This document shows positions 1 to 8,917 of a stretch of DNA of 64,000 nt, piece after piece; position 1 is the stretch's first letter, and the number at the start of each line of letters is the position of its first letter. The notes under the pieces are model-generated. The model had not been told where the DNA came from. It searched no databases and saw only the letters and a list, made by a program, of their open reading frames with translations. The translations under genes were made by a program, and so were the position numbers. The DNA is taken from NCBI GenBank assembly GCA_965223705.1, contig OZ245015.1, positions 320,001 through 384,000 of the forward strand. Reading direction: 5' to 3'. The DNA comes from Myxococcota bacterium (GTDB taxonomy: Bacteria; Myxococcota_A; UBA9160; UBA6930).

Positions 1-1342
1 GATTCTGCTCACCGCCGGAGAGTGCCTTCACTGGGGTGCGAGCCCGCTCTGGACTGAAGAGAAAATCCTGCAGGTAGCCGATGACGTGTCGCCGCGCGCC
101 GCCGATCTCGATGAACTCGGCACCCCCGGCGATGTTGTCCGCGACCGAGCGTTCGAAGTCCAACGAAGCGCGCAGTTGATCGTAATAGGCGACCTCGAGC
201 TTTGTGCCGAGATGAATGTCGCCGGAACTGGGTTCGAGCTGCCCTAGAAGTAAACGCAAGAGCGTGGTCTTTCCGACGCCGTTCGGTCCGACCAGCCCGA
301 CGCGGTCGCCGCGCATGATGCGCATCGAAAAATCCCGGACGACCGGTGGTTCGCCTTCCCCCCATGAGAAAGAGACGCTTCGAGCATCGGCCACGAGCTT
401 GCCCGATGTGCGTCCCTCGTCGAGGGAGAGGCGAACGTCACCCTCGACTTCGCGGCGGCGCTTTCGCTCTTCCCGCAGTTTGAGGAGTGCGCGCACACGC
501 CCCTCGTTGCGGGTCCGCCTCGCTTTGATGCCCTGTCGGATCCACGCTTCTTCCTGTGCGAGCTTCTTGTCGAACACGGCGGCGTGACGCGCTTCTTCCG
601 CCAACGCCGCGGCTTTCTTTTTCAGGTAAGCCTCATAGTCGCCCGGCCACGAAGTGAGCACGCCGCGATCGAGCTCGACGATGCGTGTCGCCAAGCGCTT
701 GAGAAGCGCTCGGTCATGGGTGACGAAGAGCACGCCGCCGCGCAGGGTCAGCAGCTGCTCTTCCAGCCACTGGATGACCTCGATGTCGAGGTGGTTCGTC
801 GGTTCGTCGAGCAGCAAGAGATCGGGTTCGCGGACCAACGCCTGGGCGAGAGAGACGCGTCGTCGCCAACCCCCCGACAGCTCCGCAACACGTGTGTCGG
901 CGGGGAGCTCGAGCCTCGCAATCATCTGATCGACGCGCTGGTTGCGGCTCCAACCGTTACAGGCATCGATCTCGTGCTGGAGACGCTCGAGCTCTTTCAT
1001 CGCCGAAGCGTCGTCCGTTACCGCCAGGGATACGCGGTGAAACTCCGCGAGCAACTGGCCGATGTCGGCCAACCCCGCCGCGACGACGTCGAACACCGTG
1101 GCGGCAGCGTCCGCCGGGAGCTCCTGCGCGAGGCGTGCGACGACGAGCTCAGGCTGGCGCCACACCTCGCCGGCATCGGGCTGCACCGATCCGTCGACGA
1201 GTTTGAGGAGGGTCGATTTGCCCGCGCCATTGCGTCCGATCAGGCAGACCCGCTCGCCCGCGTCGACCTGGAACTCGACTTCGTGGAGGAGGGGATGTTG
1301 CCCGAAAGAGATCGAGACGCGGTCGAAACTGACGAGGGGCAT
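1..1342 (-). CDS. uup: ABC-F family ATPase Uup (3' end runs off window)
   Basis: Manual translation from ATG 1342: MPLVSFDRVSISFGQHPLLHEVEFQVDAGERVCLIGRNGAGKSTLL. Contains LSGGWRRR, LLLDEPTNHLD and a second Walker A GPNGVGKTT. Not in the ORF track because there is no stop in the window. Confidence 0.9.
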   Translation of the reverse strand, partial: MPLVSFDRVSISFGQHPLLHEVEFQVDAGERVCLIGRNGAGKSTLLKLVDGSVQPDAGEVWRQPELVVARLAQELPADAAATVFDVVAAGLADIGQLLAEFHRVSLAVTDDASAMKELERLQHEIDACNGWSRNQRVDQMIARLELPADTRVAELSGGWRRRVSLAQALVREPDLLLLDEPTNHLDIEVIQWLEEQLLTLRGGVLFVTHDRALLKRLATRIVELDRGVLTSWPGDYEAYLKKKAAALAEEARHAAVFDKKLAQEEAWIRQGIKARRTRNEGRVRALLKLREERKRRREVEGDVRLSLDEGRTSGKLVADARSVSFSWGEGEPPVVRDFSMRIMRGDRVGLVGPNGVGKTTLLRLLLGQLEPSSGDIHLGTKLEVAYYDQLRASLDFERSVADNIAGGAEFIEIGGARRHVIGYLQDFLFSPERARTPVKALSGGEQN

Positions 1343-1357
1343 CGGTTCTGCGGGCGG

Positions 1358-2428
1358 TCAGTCCGAACCGGGTACTTCGCAGGCTTGATCGAGATCGATC
1401 TCGACGGTCACCGCGCGGTTGCGATGAGGCCCGGCACACCACGTCGGAATGGCTACGGAATAGAGCCCGCCGCCCCCCGCGACAGCAACCAGGACGTCGT
1501 CGGGTGAGTGGAAGCACCGAACGACGTCGCGGACCTTGCCGATGCCGATCGCTCCCGTGCGCGCGAGGTCTTCGGCGGTGTTCTCGGCCCGCTCGTAGAT
1601 CGCCTGCGCAACGGATTCACGCGTCAAACCGACGCTCGCAAGCACGTTCGCATGCGAGGGGTTGAGCAGGACCATCGCCGCACCGCCTGAAAGCGCGGCG
1701 TTGTTCGTAGCGGCGTTTGCGAACGCACCGGCGAGAGACGTGAGGAACCGGTCGGCGCTCTCCGAGTCCCCGTGCTCGAGCACTCCGATGACGGAGTGAG
1801 GCGCTTCACCGCCCATCACGGTGACGGTCGACTGTTCTGCGCTGAAACCCCGCGCGACGTGAAACGGTGGAAAAGGGCTTTCTTCCTCGGCTTCCGCCAA
1901 GCAGTACGTGAACTTTCCCGGGTGACCCAGCAGCGCCATATCCGACGTGCCGGGCCGACCGCCCCCGATGTTGATCATCGCAAGTCGTAACGCCCGGCCG
2001 ATCGAGGCGTTGGCACGGTGGCCTGGACCGAGCGCGCCGTAGCCCGACGCGATCCCGCCGCACCACGAACGCGCGGGGCCGTTCACCAGGATAAAGGGCG
2101 CCGTGTCGTGGGTGGTGGCCTGCATTTCCGTCAAATCGAACTCGGGGTCCATGATGGCGCGCGCGGCGGCGAGAACGACCGGCATATGATCCGGCGTGCA
2201 ACCTGCCATCACCGCGGCGATCGCTAATTTTTCGACGCTGCAGGCGCCGAGCGCGGGGCCCATCTCGCCGAGTACAAGGTCGCCATCGAGGAGACTTGCG
2301 AGGATCATGCGCTCGACCCGCGCTTCGGTCGGGATCACGACCGGCAGCCCGTCGGTGCAGGCCATCTCGTGCAGTTCCTCGAGAGCAGACGCCTCGTCGA
2401 CGGCCTTGCGCCGCGCGCTCGCAATCAC
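1358..2428 (-). CDS. Conserved hypothetical protein, typical neighbour of UGSC (seleno)proteins
   Basis: TDGLPVVIPT, EKLAIAAVMAGC, RANASIGRALRL and GHPGKFTYCLAE motifs; start overlaps the stop of the upstream UGSC gene. Confidence 0.75.
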   Translation of the reverse strand: MIASARRKAVDEASALEELHEMACTDGLPVVIPTEARVERMILASLLDGDLVLGEMGPALGACSVEKLAIAAVMAGCTPDHMPVVLAAARAIMDPEFDLTEMQATTHDTAPFILVNGPARSWCGGIASGYGALGPGHRANASIGRALRLAMINIGGGRPGTSDMALLGHPGKFTYCLAEAEEESPFPPFHVARGFSAEQSTVTVMGGEAPHSVIGVLEHGDSESADRFLTSLAGAFANAATNNAALSGGAAMVLLNPSHANVLASVGLTRESVAQAIYERAENTAEDLARTGAIGIGKVRDVVRCFHSPDDVLVAVAGGGGLYSVAIPTWCAGPHRNRAVTVEIDLDQACEVPGSD

Positions 2429-2955
2429 GACGTCCCCTGAAACGCAGCGAGGATCTCGGGCTGGATGTCGCGCGCCACGCGCGTGTGCGCTTCGGCGCCG
2501 GTTCCGGCGACGGGATGGGGCAAACGGATGCGCGGGATGGCCGGCATGCCGACGGACCGCGCGATGAAGTTGCCCTGTTCGAGAAAATCGTCGGTGACCA
2601 GGGTGACCGCGGGAATGCCGCGGCGGGCGAGCTTGATGCCGTCACGCACGGTGCCGGTGGTGCAGCCGCCTCAGTGTCCGTAGGCGGCGACTACCGCCTG
2701 ACATTCCTTGACGATCTCTTCGAGCATGTTGTCGCGAACGACGATGGACGCATCGCCTTTGTCGTAGCGGTAGAAACGGATCTCGGGGTTCGCCTGACCG
2801 AGTGCCTCGGCCACGCGATCGAGAAAGTTCACGGAATCCGGGAAACCATTCGCCAAGAGACCGATATCCACGGGGCCCCGGGTGACGTCGATCCGGAGCG
2901 CGTAGGGCTCGATGGGAGCGCTCGGTTCGGCACGAGGGTCGAGAAATTCAATCAT
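2425..2955 (-). CDS. UGSC-family selenoprotein (176 aa, Sec at codon 95, U-G-G-C motif)
   Basis: GAGGAGG RBS before ATG 2955. Frame reads ...AAYGH-TGA(2673-2671)-GGCTTGTVRDGIKLARRGIPAV..., joining two track ORFs in the same frame. Confidence 0.85.
2639..2651 (-). promoter_or_regulatory. Candidate SECIS apical stem-loop
   Basis: CCGT-GCGTG-ACGG hairpin starting 19 nt after the UGA, with a G-initiated loop. Confidence 0.4.
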
Positions 2956-2984
2956 CGGTGCGCCTCCTCGCGGAGAGCATACCA

Positions 2985-3830
2985 CTAGGTTTCGACGACG
3001 AGCTTTCCGAGAGGGGCGCCGCAGTGCTTGCAGTAGCGGGCGTCGTTTTCGTGCCCTTCGGTCAGGCACTCGAAACACCGCCTCGCGGTGGCTCGGTGAG
3101 CCGCTGCGGCGGTCTCGACGATCTCGGCGGTGACGATCCCCGTCGGCACCGCGATGATGCTGTAGCCCAGGATCATCACGACGGTGGCCAGCGTCTTGCC
3201 GGGCACGGTTTGGGGCGCGAGGTCGCCATAGCCGACCGTCGTCATCGTCACCACCGCCCAATAGACCGAGGTGGGGATACTTGTAAAACCGTGCTCCTCG
3301 CCCTCGATGATGTACATCGCGGTGCCGAGAATCGTGACCAAGATCGTGATGGTGCCGAGAAACACGCCGACTTTGTGGCGGCTGTCCGCCAGGGCGCGGC
3401 GTAGAATGCTCGCCTCGCCCAGGAACTGCGCGAGCTTGAACACGCGAAAAATGCGCAGCAACCGAAGCGCGCGGATCACCAACAGGTGTTCCGCCCCGGG
3501 GACGAACAGGCTCAAGTAGGTCGGGAGGATCGCGATGAGATCTACGATTCCGAAGAAGCTTCGCGCGTAGCGAACCGGGAACGGGACACAGATCAAACGA
3601 ACGACGTATTCGATGGTGAAGAGGACCGTGAAGGTCCACTCGGCGATATCGAGTGCGCGCCCGTAGTTTTGGCGGATTGAAGCCACACTCTCGAGCATGA
3701 CCGCCAGGACGCTGGCCGAGATCGCGAGGAGGAGCGCAACATCGAACGCTTTTCCGGCCGGCGTGTCGGTGCCGAAAATGATGACCTGGGCCGCTTCGCG
3801 CCAGGAAGCGCCGTCCTTCGCTTCACTCAC
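2985..3830 (-). CDS. Voltage-gated-type potassium channel (ion transporter) with C-terminal zinc ribbon
   Basis: TMTTVGYGD filter, S4-like RALRLLRIFRVFK, CFEC...CKHC. Confidence 0.92.
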   Translation of the reverse strand: MSEAKDGASWREAAQVIIFGTDTPAGKAFDVALLLAISASVLAVMLESVASIRQNYGRALDIAEWTFTVLFTIEYVVRLICVPFPVRYARSFFGIVDLIAILPTYLSLFVPGAEHLLVIRALRLLRIFRVFKLAQFLGEASILRRALADSRHKVGVFLGTITILVTILGTAMYIIEGEEHGFTSIPTSVYWAVVTMTTVGYGDLAPQTVPGKTLATVVMILGYSIIAVPTGIVTAEIVETAAAAHRATARRCFECLTEGHENDARYCKHCGAPLGKLVVET

Positions 3831-3887
3831 CCGTCAGCTCGCGACGGCACCGTGGGTGCGCTTGTTGATGCGTCTCTTCCACGCGGA

Positions 3888-3937
3888 CACTCCTGGCTGG
3901 AATCCGGAGTGTAGCGACCGAATTCCAGCCAGGGGTG
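3888..3937 (-). terminator. Long hairpin just after the stop of the DUF4331 operon's last gene
   Basis: CACTCCTGGCTGGAAT...ATTCCAGCCAGGGGTG, about 16-bp stem with one imperfect pair; no U-tract. Confidence 0.45.
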
Positions 3938-3940
3938 ACT

Positions 3941-4393
3941 TCAGGGCGCGAGTGTACTCGTCTCTATCGGCCGATCCGGTTCGGGAAGCCGGACGGTGAC
4001 GTCCGGTCGGTCGGCCGAAACGAGGGCTTCGAACGAGTCCCCTGGGTCCACGACGTCTACGCGCACGTAGTGTTTGTGCCCTTTTCCGAGGGTGTCGAAA
4101 ACTCTTAGTTCGACCCGCAGTTCCTGACCGGTTGCCCGCTGAAAGCGAGCGACGTACTCGCCGGGGAGGGTCCTTGGCGGGCCCGTCTTCACGAGAGGAC
4201 GACCGTCGATGGTCAATCGGATCGGCTCGGCGCCGAGATCCGCCGCGGCGTCGCGGTGATCGCCCGCGTCGATCCGGAAGACCACATCAATCGTCTCCGA
4301 CCGGACCACGACGTGCGAGTCGCTGAAACCCGGGTCGTGGGCTTGGGAAGCTCCGGTCAGCAGGAGCAGAATGAGCAGGGTTCGCAGTGTCAT
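3941..4393 (-). CDS. Secreted protein resembling the N-terminal domain of HupE/UreJ-like proteins
   Basis: Signal peptide ending SQA, mature start HDPGFS; GHKH motif. Confidence 0.55.
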   Translation of the reverse strand: MTLRTLLILLLLTGASQAHDPGFSDSHVVVRSETIDVVFRIDAGDHRDAAADLGAEPIRLTIDGRPLVKTGPPRTLPGEYVARFQRATGQELRVELRVFDTLGKGHKHYVRVDVVDPGDSFEALVSADRPDVTVRLPEPDRPIETSTLAP

Positions 4394-4407
4394 CGAACGC
4401 CCCCGAG

Positions 4408-5865
4408 CTAGTTGTGGTGACCGTGGTTGCGGCCGTTCAAGGGTGTCGCACCGTAGGGAAACACCTTGTTGTACGCGATGTCGTTCTCACTGACGTTGTC
4501 GATGCCGTCGGCGACGACCAGTTCGGCACCCGGATCCGCGAGGTCGTTGATGACGGCCGTGACGCCGATGTCGACCACGTCATCCCCAAAACGCCGGCCA
4601 TTGGGCCATCCACCGGCGACGGGTCCACCGGTCAAGCGACTCATCAGCGTGTCGCCTCCGAAGACGCTCAAGCGAGAGAAGCCCGGGTCGTCGGGATTGG
4701 TCGGGTGGTTCGGTCCCCCGCCTGCGAGGCGCGCCGCCGGCGTCGAAAGATCGATTCGAATCACGTCCGGGATGAAGATCCCGGCCAGGTCCTCTCTGCC
4801 GTTCTCGGGAGCGACCGGCGCCTGGAAGACCAGTGCGTTCACGAGGCGGGCCAACTCGGGTTCAGTGGCGTACTTCTTGAACAGGCTGCGATCGAAACGC
4901 GGAGACGTTCGGTTGTAACGGTCTTTGTCCTCCAGCGCGACGAAGCCCTCGTTGAAGAGCGGGTTCCCCTGGCGACCGACCTGGACCCAACGCGCGCGAT
5001 GGTGGCGGTGACGCAGCACGCTTTCCGTCTTGCGACTCGTCGTGGCGTGGATGCCCACCACCTGCATGTCCCCGCCGATCTCTCGGATCGGGATGTCGAG
5101 AGCGATCATGTGAACGTTGAAGCCGCCTTGGCTGTCGAAGCGATCCTCGCGCGTCCGGAGCGACAGCGCGTCGAACACGGCCTGGATATCGGCATAGAAT
5201 CCGTCGTCACGCTGACCCGCAAACGCGACGTAACCGTCCGCCAAGTGGGCAATCGATTGCTGCGTGTACCGGTCGAGCTGGCCGTCGCGGCCGACACCGT
5301 CCTTGGCAGGCGATTCACCGTTGTCCCCGCGATTGTAGAATGGCGTCACGAGGCCCTGGTTGTTGGGCGGAACGATCCCCGTGCCGAGGAGCGACACGTG
5401 TTCCTTGCCCGACAAGCCGCGGCGAACGACCCGACTCACGGTGTAACGCTGCACCATGTTTTGGCCGTCGTCGCCGACGTCTCGGATGACTCCCTGGAAC
5501 GCTTGCAGAATCGTGCGCTGGTTCCGGAACTCGGTGTCGAACTCGAAGCGGTAGGTGATGTCCGTTCCGCCGCGCTCGACGCGTCGCCCTTTCGAGAGAT
5601 GGATCTCGTAGCGGACCCGATCGTCGAACCGGTAGTTGTTCGGACCGATTCCGGGCTCTTCGAAGGGATAGACCGCGAGGGCGGTGGATAGATATTTCTC
5701 GCCGTCTCGCTCTGAAACGAACGCATAGACGTCCGTGGTATTAGCCGCATCATCGAGTGTCAGCAGCGGGGCATCCATATGGCTCGAAGCGTTGGCGACG
5801 GGTGCCAGAAAAACCAGCAGAGCGGTGGCAAGCCACGCAAAGCCAGCCGGTCGTCGTGTTCTCAT
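4408..5865 (-). CDS. DUF4331 family secreted protein
   Basis: Signal peptide then ASSHMDAP...DVYAF; FAGQRDDGFYAD, QVGRQGNPLFNE, GWPNGRRFGDDVVD. Confidence 0.9.
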   Translation of the reverse strand: MRTRRPAGFAWLATALLVFLAPVANASSHMDAPLLTLDDAANTTDVYAFVSERDGEKYLSTALAVYPFEEPGIGPNNYRFDDRVRYEIHLSKGRRVERGGTDITYRFEFDTEFRNQRTILQAFQGVIRDVGDDGQNMVQRYTVSRVVRRGLSGKEHVSLLGTGIVPPNNQGLVTPFYNRGDNGESPAKDGVGRDGQLDRYTQQSIAHLADGYVAFAGQRDDGFYADIQAVFDALSLRTREDRFDSQGGFNVHMIALDIPIREIGGDMQVVGIHATTSRKTESVLRHRHHRARWVQVGRQGNPLFNEGFVALEDKDRYNRTSPRFDRSLFKKYATEPELARLVNALVFQAPVAPENGREDLAGIFIPDVIRIDLSTPAARLAGGGPNHPTNPDDPGFSRLSVFGGDTLMSRLTGGPVAGGWPNGRRFGDDVVDIGVTAVINDLADPGAELVVADGIDNVSENDIAYNKVFPYGATPLNGRNHGHHN

Positions 5866-5866
5866 T

Positions 5867-7126
5867 TCATGATCTCCTGTTTAGTGTTCGTAAGGCATCT
5901 CGTAGCAAGCGCTGCTCTGAGGGGAGGAGCGCGAACGATCCACGCTCCGCGACAGAGAGCCAGCGCTCAGCGTCGTCGTGCGATGACATGCGAAGGGCCG
6001 TAACGCCGGCGCGGAGAGCGATCGCCGGGTCGGTGGCGCCGCTCGCCATGGCTTCCTGTGCATAGGCGAGTGCTGCGTGCGAGTTTCCGCCTAGCGCCCA
6101 GCCCATGGCGTCGAGTGAGTGCGCGTCGCGCCTCGCTCGAAGCTCGGTCTTCGCGAGAGAAATCGCGCGCGCGCGATCGATTCCCGCGGAAGCGAGAAAG
6201 ATCGCGAGAGATCGCGCGTCGTAGCGCTCCCCGTGTGTTACGAGAAGCGCGCGCGTCTCCTCCGCTTCACCCGCGAAGCCGAGTTCGGTCTGCGCTTCGA
6301 GGAGCATCCGCAACGCCGTCGGTGATGCACTGTCTCGAACCGGGAGGAGCCGATCGCGCACTCGCTGAAACGCGCCGTTCGCGAGATCGGCCCGGGCGCG
6401 GGCGCGCAGCGCGGGCCGACTTGTCGGATCGATTCTTTCGGCGCGCTCGGCAGCGAGGCGAGTCGACGTGAGGTCGCCTTCTTCAAGGGAGAGACGCGCG
6501 CGCTCTGACCACGCCCAGGCGAGCTGCGCGGGTCGTCGCTCGGGTATTCCGCGGATCGCTGTGTCGAGCGCTGCGATGGCACCCGGTCGATCACCGCTGC
6601 GGGAACGAAGCGTCGCAACGCGCAGGTACGCACGCGCATCGGGACGCAGATCGAGCATGCGTTGATACGCATCCGCCGCGACGTCGAGTTCACCGAGGTC
6701 GAGTGCGACGTCGCCCAAGAGGCCGAAGTCGTCCGGGGATCCGCGACGCCGCGCGACGCGCTCAGCGACAATCCGCGCTTCGCGAAAGCGATGCAATCCG
6801 TGAAGTGCACGGCCGCGCAGGAGATCGGCGGCGTTTTCGTCGCCGATGCGGTCGGCGATCAGGTCGCCACACAGCGAGGCGAGTCGGAAAGAGCCCGGGT
6901 CTTCGGAACCCCCGGCGCGCTCGAGATAGAGCCAGCCCAGGGTTTCGAGCCCGCGAAGCGTCGGACCGGTTTCGCGTAGGCGATTCTTGACCTGACGGAG
7001 CTCGATGCTCTCTCGGTTCGCATCGGTTTCCTGCGCCAGAACGACGCGGAACGGATCCGGCCCCGCCGAATGCGCGCTACTCCCACAGCCGAGACTCCAG
7101 ACAAAGAGCCAAATCCACCGCTTCAT
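5867..7126 (-). CDS. Tetratricopeptide-repeat protein (probable lipoprotein), DUF4331-associated
   Basis: SLGC lipobox-like sequence; helical Ala/Leu repeats such as LGDVALDLGELDVAADAYQRMLDLRP. Confidence 0.8.
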   Translation of the reverse strand: MKRWIWLFVWSLGCGSSAHSAGPDPFRVVLAQETDANRESIELRQVKNRLRETGPTLRGLETLGWLYLERAGGSEDPGSFRLASLCGDLIADRIGDENAADLLRGRALHGLHRFREARIVAERVARRRGSPDDFGLLGDVALDLGELDVAADAYQRMLDLRPDARAYLRVATLRSRSGDRPGAIAALDTAIRGIPERRPAQLAWAWSERARLSLEEGDLTSTRLAAERAERIDPTSRPALRARARADLANGAFQRVRDRLLPVRDSASPTALRMLLEAQTELGFAGEAEETRALLVTHGERYDARSLAIFLASAGIDRARAISLAKTELRARRDAHSLDAMGWALGGNSHAALAYAQEAMASGATDPAIALRAGVTALRMSSHDDAERWLSVAERGSFALLPSEQRLLRDALRTLNRRS

Positions 7127-7145
7127 CTCGTCCCTCCGCGGAGAC

Positions 7146-7170
7146 TACGGGCCGGGCCCCGGTTCAGTTC
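7146..7170 (-). promoter_or_regulatory. ECF-type promoter of the TPR-DUF4331 operon
   Basis: GAAC-tgaaccggggcccggcc-CGTA (N17). Confidence 0.7.
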
Positions 7171-7205
7171 GGTACCCGCTCGAAAAACTCCCGGCGGGCG
7201 CGGTC

Positions 7206-7230
7206 GAACCGAAACCTCGCCTCGCCCGTA
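7206..7230 (+). promoter_or_regulatory. ECF-type autoregulatory promoter of the sigma gene
   Basis: GAAC-cgaaacctcgcctcgcc-CGTA (N17). Confidence 0.75.
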
Positions 7231-7298
7231 TTTCCCGGAAACCAGCCGGTGTATCGTGGGGGTCCGAGCCGATTCGCTCCGGCTCGAACGAGGCCACG

Positions 7299-7865
7299 GT
7301 GGCAGAAGCGGAACGGGTCGAAATCGCGGACGAGGCGCTCATTCGCGCGGTTGCGGGCGGCGACCACGACGCGTTGGCCACGCTCTACGATCGGCACGTC
7401 GGGGTGATGATGGCGGTGGCGGTACGCATCCTGAAGAACCGCGCAGATGCGGAAGATCTCCTGCACGACGTTTTCGTCGAGTCCTGGGAGAAGGCCGCCA
7501 ATTTCGATCGCCACCGAGGCACCGTGCGCAGCTGGCTGTTGATCCGGGTGCGCAGCCGCGCCATCGATCGACTGCGTTCGCTCGCAGTCGCCAAGCAGCA
7601 CGCCGTGATCGAGAAAGACAACGTCACACCGGTATTGCCGGAATGGGAAGCGGCGGATCGCGAACGAGCGGAGCGAGCTTTGAGGCAGCTCCCCGACGAA
7701 CAGCGGATCCTCGTCGAGCTGTCCTATTTCGAGGGATTGACCTATCGCGAAATGGCCGCGCGTTGCGAGATCCCGATCGGGACGGTGCGTTCCCGAATCG
7801 CGGCAGCGATGAAGAAGTTGCGCAACGATCTTCCGGCGGAACCTCTGGAGGACGCCCAGACGTGA
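7299..7865 (+). CDS. ECF RNA polymerase sigma-70 factor
   Basis: DAEDLLHDVF, WLLIRVRSRAIDRLR, region 4 GLTYREMA...IPIGTVRSRI; GTG start inferred. Confidence 0.92.
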   Translation: MAEAERVEIADEALIRAVAGGDHDALATLYDRHVGVMMAVAVRILKNRADAEDLLHDVFVESWEKAANFDRHRGTVRSWLLIRVRSRAIDRLRSLAVAKQHAVIEKDNVTPVLPEWEAADRERAERALRQLPDEQRILVELSYFEGLTYREMAARCEIPIGTVRSRIAAAMKKLRNDLPAEPLEDAQT

Positions 7866-8440
7866 GTGAGCCGCGCGACAGCGATCGCCTCGGTCCGGAT
7901 CTTCTCGACGAACCGCTTGAAAGCGCCGAGCACCCGTCGGAAGGGCTCCGCCGGTCGATCCTCGAAACGGTGCGTCCGGAGACGCGGTTCCGCGGGTTCG
8001 CGGACCGCATAGCGTCTTTCCTCGACCTCGATGCGAGCGCAGCTCGAGAAATTCTTCGCGAAGCCGCGGAGGCCACGAGCGCCGACTGGCGCGAAGCCAT
8101 GCACGGAGTTCGCTTGTTCGACTTCGTGGGAGGCGAGCGCGTTCGCGAAGCGCACTGCGGTTTGGTCCGCGTCGCCCCCGATGTGGCGTTCCCGCGCCAC
8201 GATCACACCGGAGATGAATGGACGTTCGTGCTCCAAGGAGAGGCCGTCGAAGAGGGAACGGGCCGCGTCTTCCGACCTGGCGACCTTCTGCACAGCGAGC
8301 AGGGAACGAGTCACGCTTTTCATTCCGTCGGTCGAGAGCCCTTCGTGTTTGTCGTCGTGCTCGAGGGTCCTGTGAAAGTTCACAAGGGCAACTACCTCAT
8401 GAACGAGGCCCGCCGCATTCTGCGACGGGCCCGTTCCTGA
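7862..8440 (+). CDS. ChrR-like cupin-domain putative anti-sigma factor
   Basis: GTGA overlap with sigma; FPRHDHTGDEWTFVLQG...PGD...SHAF cupin motif. Confidence 0.8.
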   Translation: MSEPRDSDRLGPDLLDEPLESAEHPSEGLRRSILETVRPETRFRGFADRIASFLDLDASAAREILREAAEATSADWREAMHGVRLFDFVGGERVREAHCGLVRVAPDVAFPRHDHTGDEWTFVLQGEAVEEGTGRVFRPGDLLHSEQGTSHAFHSVGREPFVFVVVLEGPVKVHKGNYLMNEARRILRRARS

Positions 8441-8466
8441 ACCACCAGAACCGAATCGCGAGTGCG

Positions 8467-8874
8467 CTACAGCACGCGTAGCGTGCCCCGCGTCGCCATT
8501 CTTGCGGGCTGCGCTTGGAGACTCCCGGGACTGAGCCACACTTCGTAGGTGTACTCACCGCGATCGAGCGCACAGGCGCTCAGCGTGTCGTTGGGGCGAA
8601 GCACCGGTGACTCGAGACGTCCGGCCTCGCGCCGAAACATCTGGCCGGCGCACTGGATTTCGTCGGCTTCATCGCCGGCGATGACGATGCGCGCAATTTT
8701 CGTGGAATCGTTGAGCCAGCTCACCGTGCCGCCTTCGGGAATCTCCCGGGCCTCCGGCGCGGGGATCGCCCCTTGGATGCGGATGAGGTGCGCCATTCCG
8801 TTCGTCGTCGCGTGTGCGAAGGACGCGCTCGCGAGCACGGCCAAAGCGGCGAAAAGAGTCTTCTTCACAATCAA
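8467..8874 (-). CDS. Secreted cupredoxin-fold-like protein lacking canonical Cu ligands
   Basis: Signal peptide; GGTVSWLND, LRPND, GEYTYEV, GTLRV strand pattern; AGGAGG RBS. Confidence 0.55.
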   Translation of the reverse strand: MIVKKTLFAALAVLASASFAHATTNGMAHLIRIQGAIPAPEAREIPEGGTVSWLNDSTKIARIVIAGDEADEIQCAGQMFRREAGRLESPVLRPNDTLSACALDRGEYTYEVWLSPGSLQAQPARMATRGTLRVL

Positions 8875-8917
8875 TCCTCCTTTGGGTTGGACGTTCTCGC
8901 CCGGGTTGTGCGGTGTC

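Noticed and set aside
1343..1360. TGA of the UGSC partner is in frame with the uup ATG (possible second Sec or read-through)
   Set aside because: No redox motif around it, and uup has a normal N-terminus; one-in-three coincidence.
584..1507. 307-aa plus-strand ORF
   Set aside because: Antisense shadow of uup, which has clear ABC motifs on the minus strand.
2671..3639. 322-aa ORF as called by the track
   Set aside because: Only the part from ATG 2955 is real (UGSC N-half); the upstream part overlaps the K+ channel in another frame.
4387..5691. 434-aa plus-strand ORF, and similar long antisense ORFs (e.g. 19856-20986, 29601-30812, 32632-34050, 37453-38628)
   Set aside because: Shadows of well-supported genes in high-GC DNA; no recognisable motifs.
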